From: Octopus bimaculoides
Taxonomy: Eukaryota
DNA: 64,000 nucleotides
Direction of reading: 5' to 3'
Assembly: GCF_001194135.2 (NCBI RefSeq)
Contig: NC_068992.1
Location: 33,282,243-33,346,242, forward strand
Position numbers and translations under genes: made by a program. Of the stretch, positions 62,337 through 64,000 are shown piece after piece. Every line of letters starts with the position of its first letter. Within the stretch, counting starts at the first letter, position 1. Below the pieces are notes generated by a model. That model was given only the letters and a program-made list of their open reading frames with translations, made no database searches and was not told the origin of the DNA.

Positions 62337-62484
62337 AAGTAGCTTGCTTACCAACCACATGGTTCTGGGTTCAGTCTCACTGTGTGGCACCTTGGGCAAA
62401 TGTCTTCTACTATAGCCTCTGGCCGACGAGAGCCTTTTGAGTGAATTTGGTAGACAGAAACTGAAAGAAGCCTGTCATATATAT

Positions 62485-63562
62485 TGATGCGACGACCGAA
62501 AATACAAGTAGCGTTATATCCCTATTTCCCGGGCTGGGTTTTGAACCCGTACTCTGGTCAGTTGGGGAGAATGGTATTTCCTTTGTCTTGTCGGCAACCA
62601 CAGCTATTTTTAGCGTAGCTGCCCCTTTCTGGTCAGCGAAAGTTAAAAAACGGCAGGATAGGAATGTACCGACTGACCCATCTTGGCAGGGGGTAAAGTA
62701 GCACAATGACCTATGGTATTTGGGATGAATAGGAGAACGAGAATTGGCGGCAAAAGCAGTTAGCAGAGANNNNNNNNNNNNNNNNNNNNNNNNNNNNNNN
62801 NNNNNNNNNNNNNNNNNNNNNNNNNNNNNNNNNNNNNNNNNNNNNNNNNNNNNNNNNNNNNNNNNNNNNNNNNNNNNNNNNNNNNNNNNNNNNNNNNNNN
62901 NNNNNNNNNNNNNNNNNNNNNNNNNNNNNNNNNNNNNNNNNNNNNNNNNNNNNNNNNNNNNNNNNNNNNNNNNNNNNNNNNNNNNNNNNNNNNNNNNNNN
63001 NNNNNNNNNNNNNNNNNNNNNNNNNNNNNNNNNNNNNNNNNNNNNNNNNNNNNNNNNNNNNNNNNNNNNNNNNNNNNNNNNNNNNNNNNNNNNNNNNNNN
63101 NNNNNNNNNNNNNNNNNNNNNNNNNNNNNNNNNNNNNNNNNNNNNNNNNNNNNNNNNNNNNNNNNNNNNNNNNNNNNNNNNNNNNNNNNNNNNNNNNNNN
63201 NNNNNNNNNNNNNNNNNNNNNNNNNNNNNNNNNNAAACTTTGTCAACGTTATTGAACTGTTATACCATGTATTGGAATTGTTATTATGTAATGCTCTATT
63301 CTAATGTTTTAAATGTATTCTGTGATGTTATGTATGTAAAAAGAAAAGGTTACCCAACGCATGGTCTTCGTGTTGTTTCTTCCTCCTCGTCCTATTTGCC
63401 TGTGTTGTTCTTCGTTACGTGCTCCAGCCGGGGCTTTATTATCGGTCAGGATTGTACCGACAGACGAATTTTGCTAGCTCACTGAGCGTATGAACGTTCG
63501 CGCGTGCGCGAGTCCCCCCCTTCGGTGTTGAGGAGGTGCTTCGCGTGCGGGCGTTCGTAACA
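62485..63562. mobile_element. Solo LTR-like insertion (TG...CA, 4-bp ATAT TSD), contains an N-gap
   Basis: Starts TGATGCGACG and ends CGTTCGTAACA (imperfect terminal inverted repeat), with ATAT on both flanks. It is CpG-rich and sits in the SINE (TA)n linker. A 4-bp TSD is typical of Ty3/gypsy. Confidence 0.75.
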
Positions 63563-64000
63563 ATATGTATATATATATGTGTGTGTGTGTGTTTGTGTGT
63601 CTGTGTTTGTCTCCCCCAACATCGCTTGACAACTGATGCTGGTGTGTTTACATCATCGTAACTTAGTGGTTCGGCAAAAGAGCCCGATAGAATAAGTACT
63701 AGACTTACAAAGAATAAGTCCTGGGGTCGATTTGCTTGACTAAAGGTGGTGTTCCAGCTTGGCTGCAGTCAAATGACTGAAACAAGTAAAAGAATAAAAG
63801 AATAAAAGAGTGGGACTGAACTCGGAACCATGTGGTTGGTAAGCAAGCTACTTTATTTCATAAATATTTGCCATAAAGTCATTACAAAGAGGGGACAAAC
63901 AAGGACAGACAAACATAAAAGGGTGAAGTAGCTGTATCGATTAAATATTTACAATTTTAAATATACAATAATAATTTGATTATATTTACAATATTCGATT

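Larger units (their letters stand above)
60238..63810 (+). mobile_element. Family-B SINE split into three pieces by two nested insertions (60238-60277, 62337-62484, 63563-63810)
   Basis: The three pieces concatenate into a complete family-B SINE that matches 42348-42756. Confidence 0.9.

Overview
This is a 64-kb, AT-rich, repeat-saturated eukaryotic window with about ten scaffold N-gaps. The SINE, LINE and microsatellite landscape is most consistent with an octopus (coleoid cephalopod) genome; this is an inference. No intact, recognisable host gene, rRNA or CRISPR array is present. The window is a mosaic of decayed transposons: RTE-clade LINEs (one near full length), R4/Dong-like and HERO-like REL-endonuclease LINEs, a CR1/Jockey-group LINE relic, mariner, Tc1, Tigger/pogo, a Chapaev3-like transposase, hAT MITEs, a solo LTR and many copies of two tRNA-derived SINE families. 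Four patterns stand out. (1) A ~2.06-kb non-LTR element encodes only a gag-like ORF1 (no RT) and is inserted with a 15-18 bp TSD into the tRNA-derived head of a SINE. (2) Hammerhead-ribozyme-like cores occur in several unrelated contexts: a pseudoknot-ordered core in the HERO 3' UTR, a type-I core in the loop of a 410-bp fold-back, minimal Penelope-type cores in a palindrome centred on a tRNA-like head, and type-III skeletons in a ~310-bp tandem triplication. (3) Seven long inverted repeats are present. (4) A few weak candidate exons of an unidentified gene are present. All family assignments are from motif recognition by eye, without database searches, and most TE boundaries are approximate.
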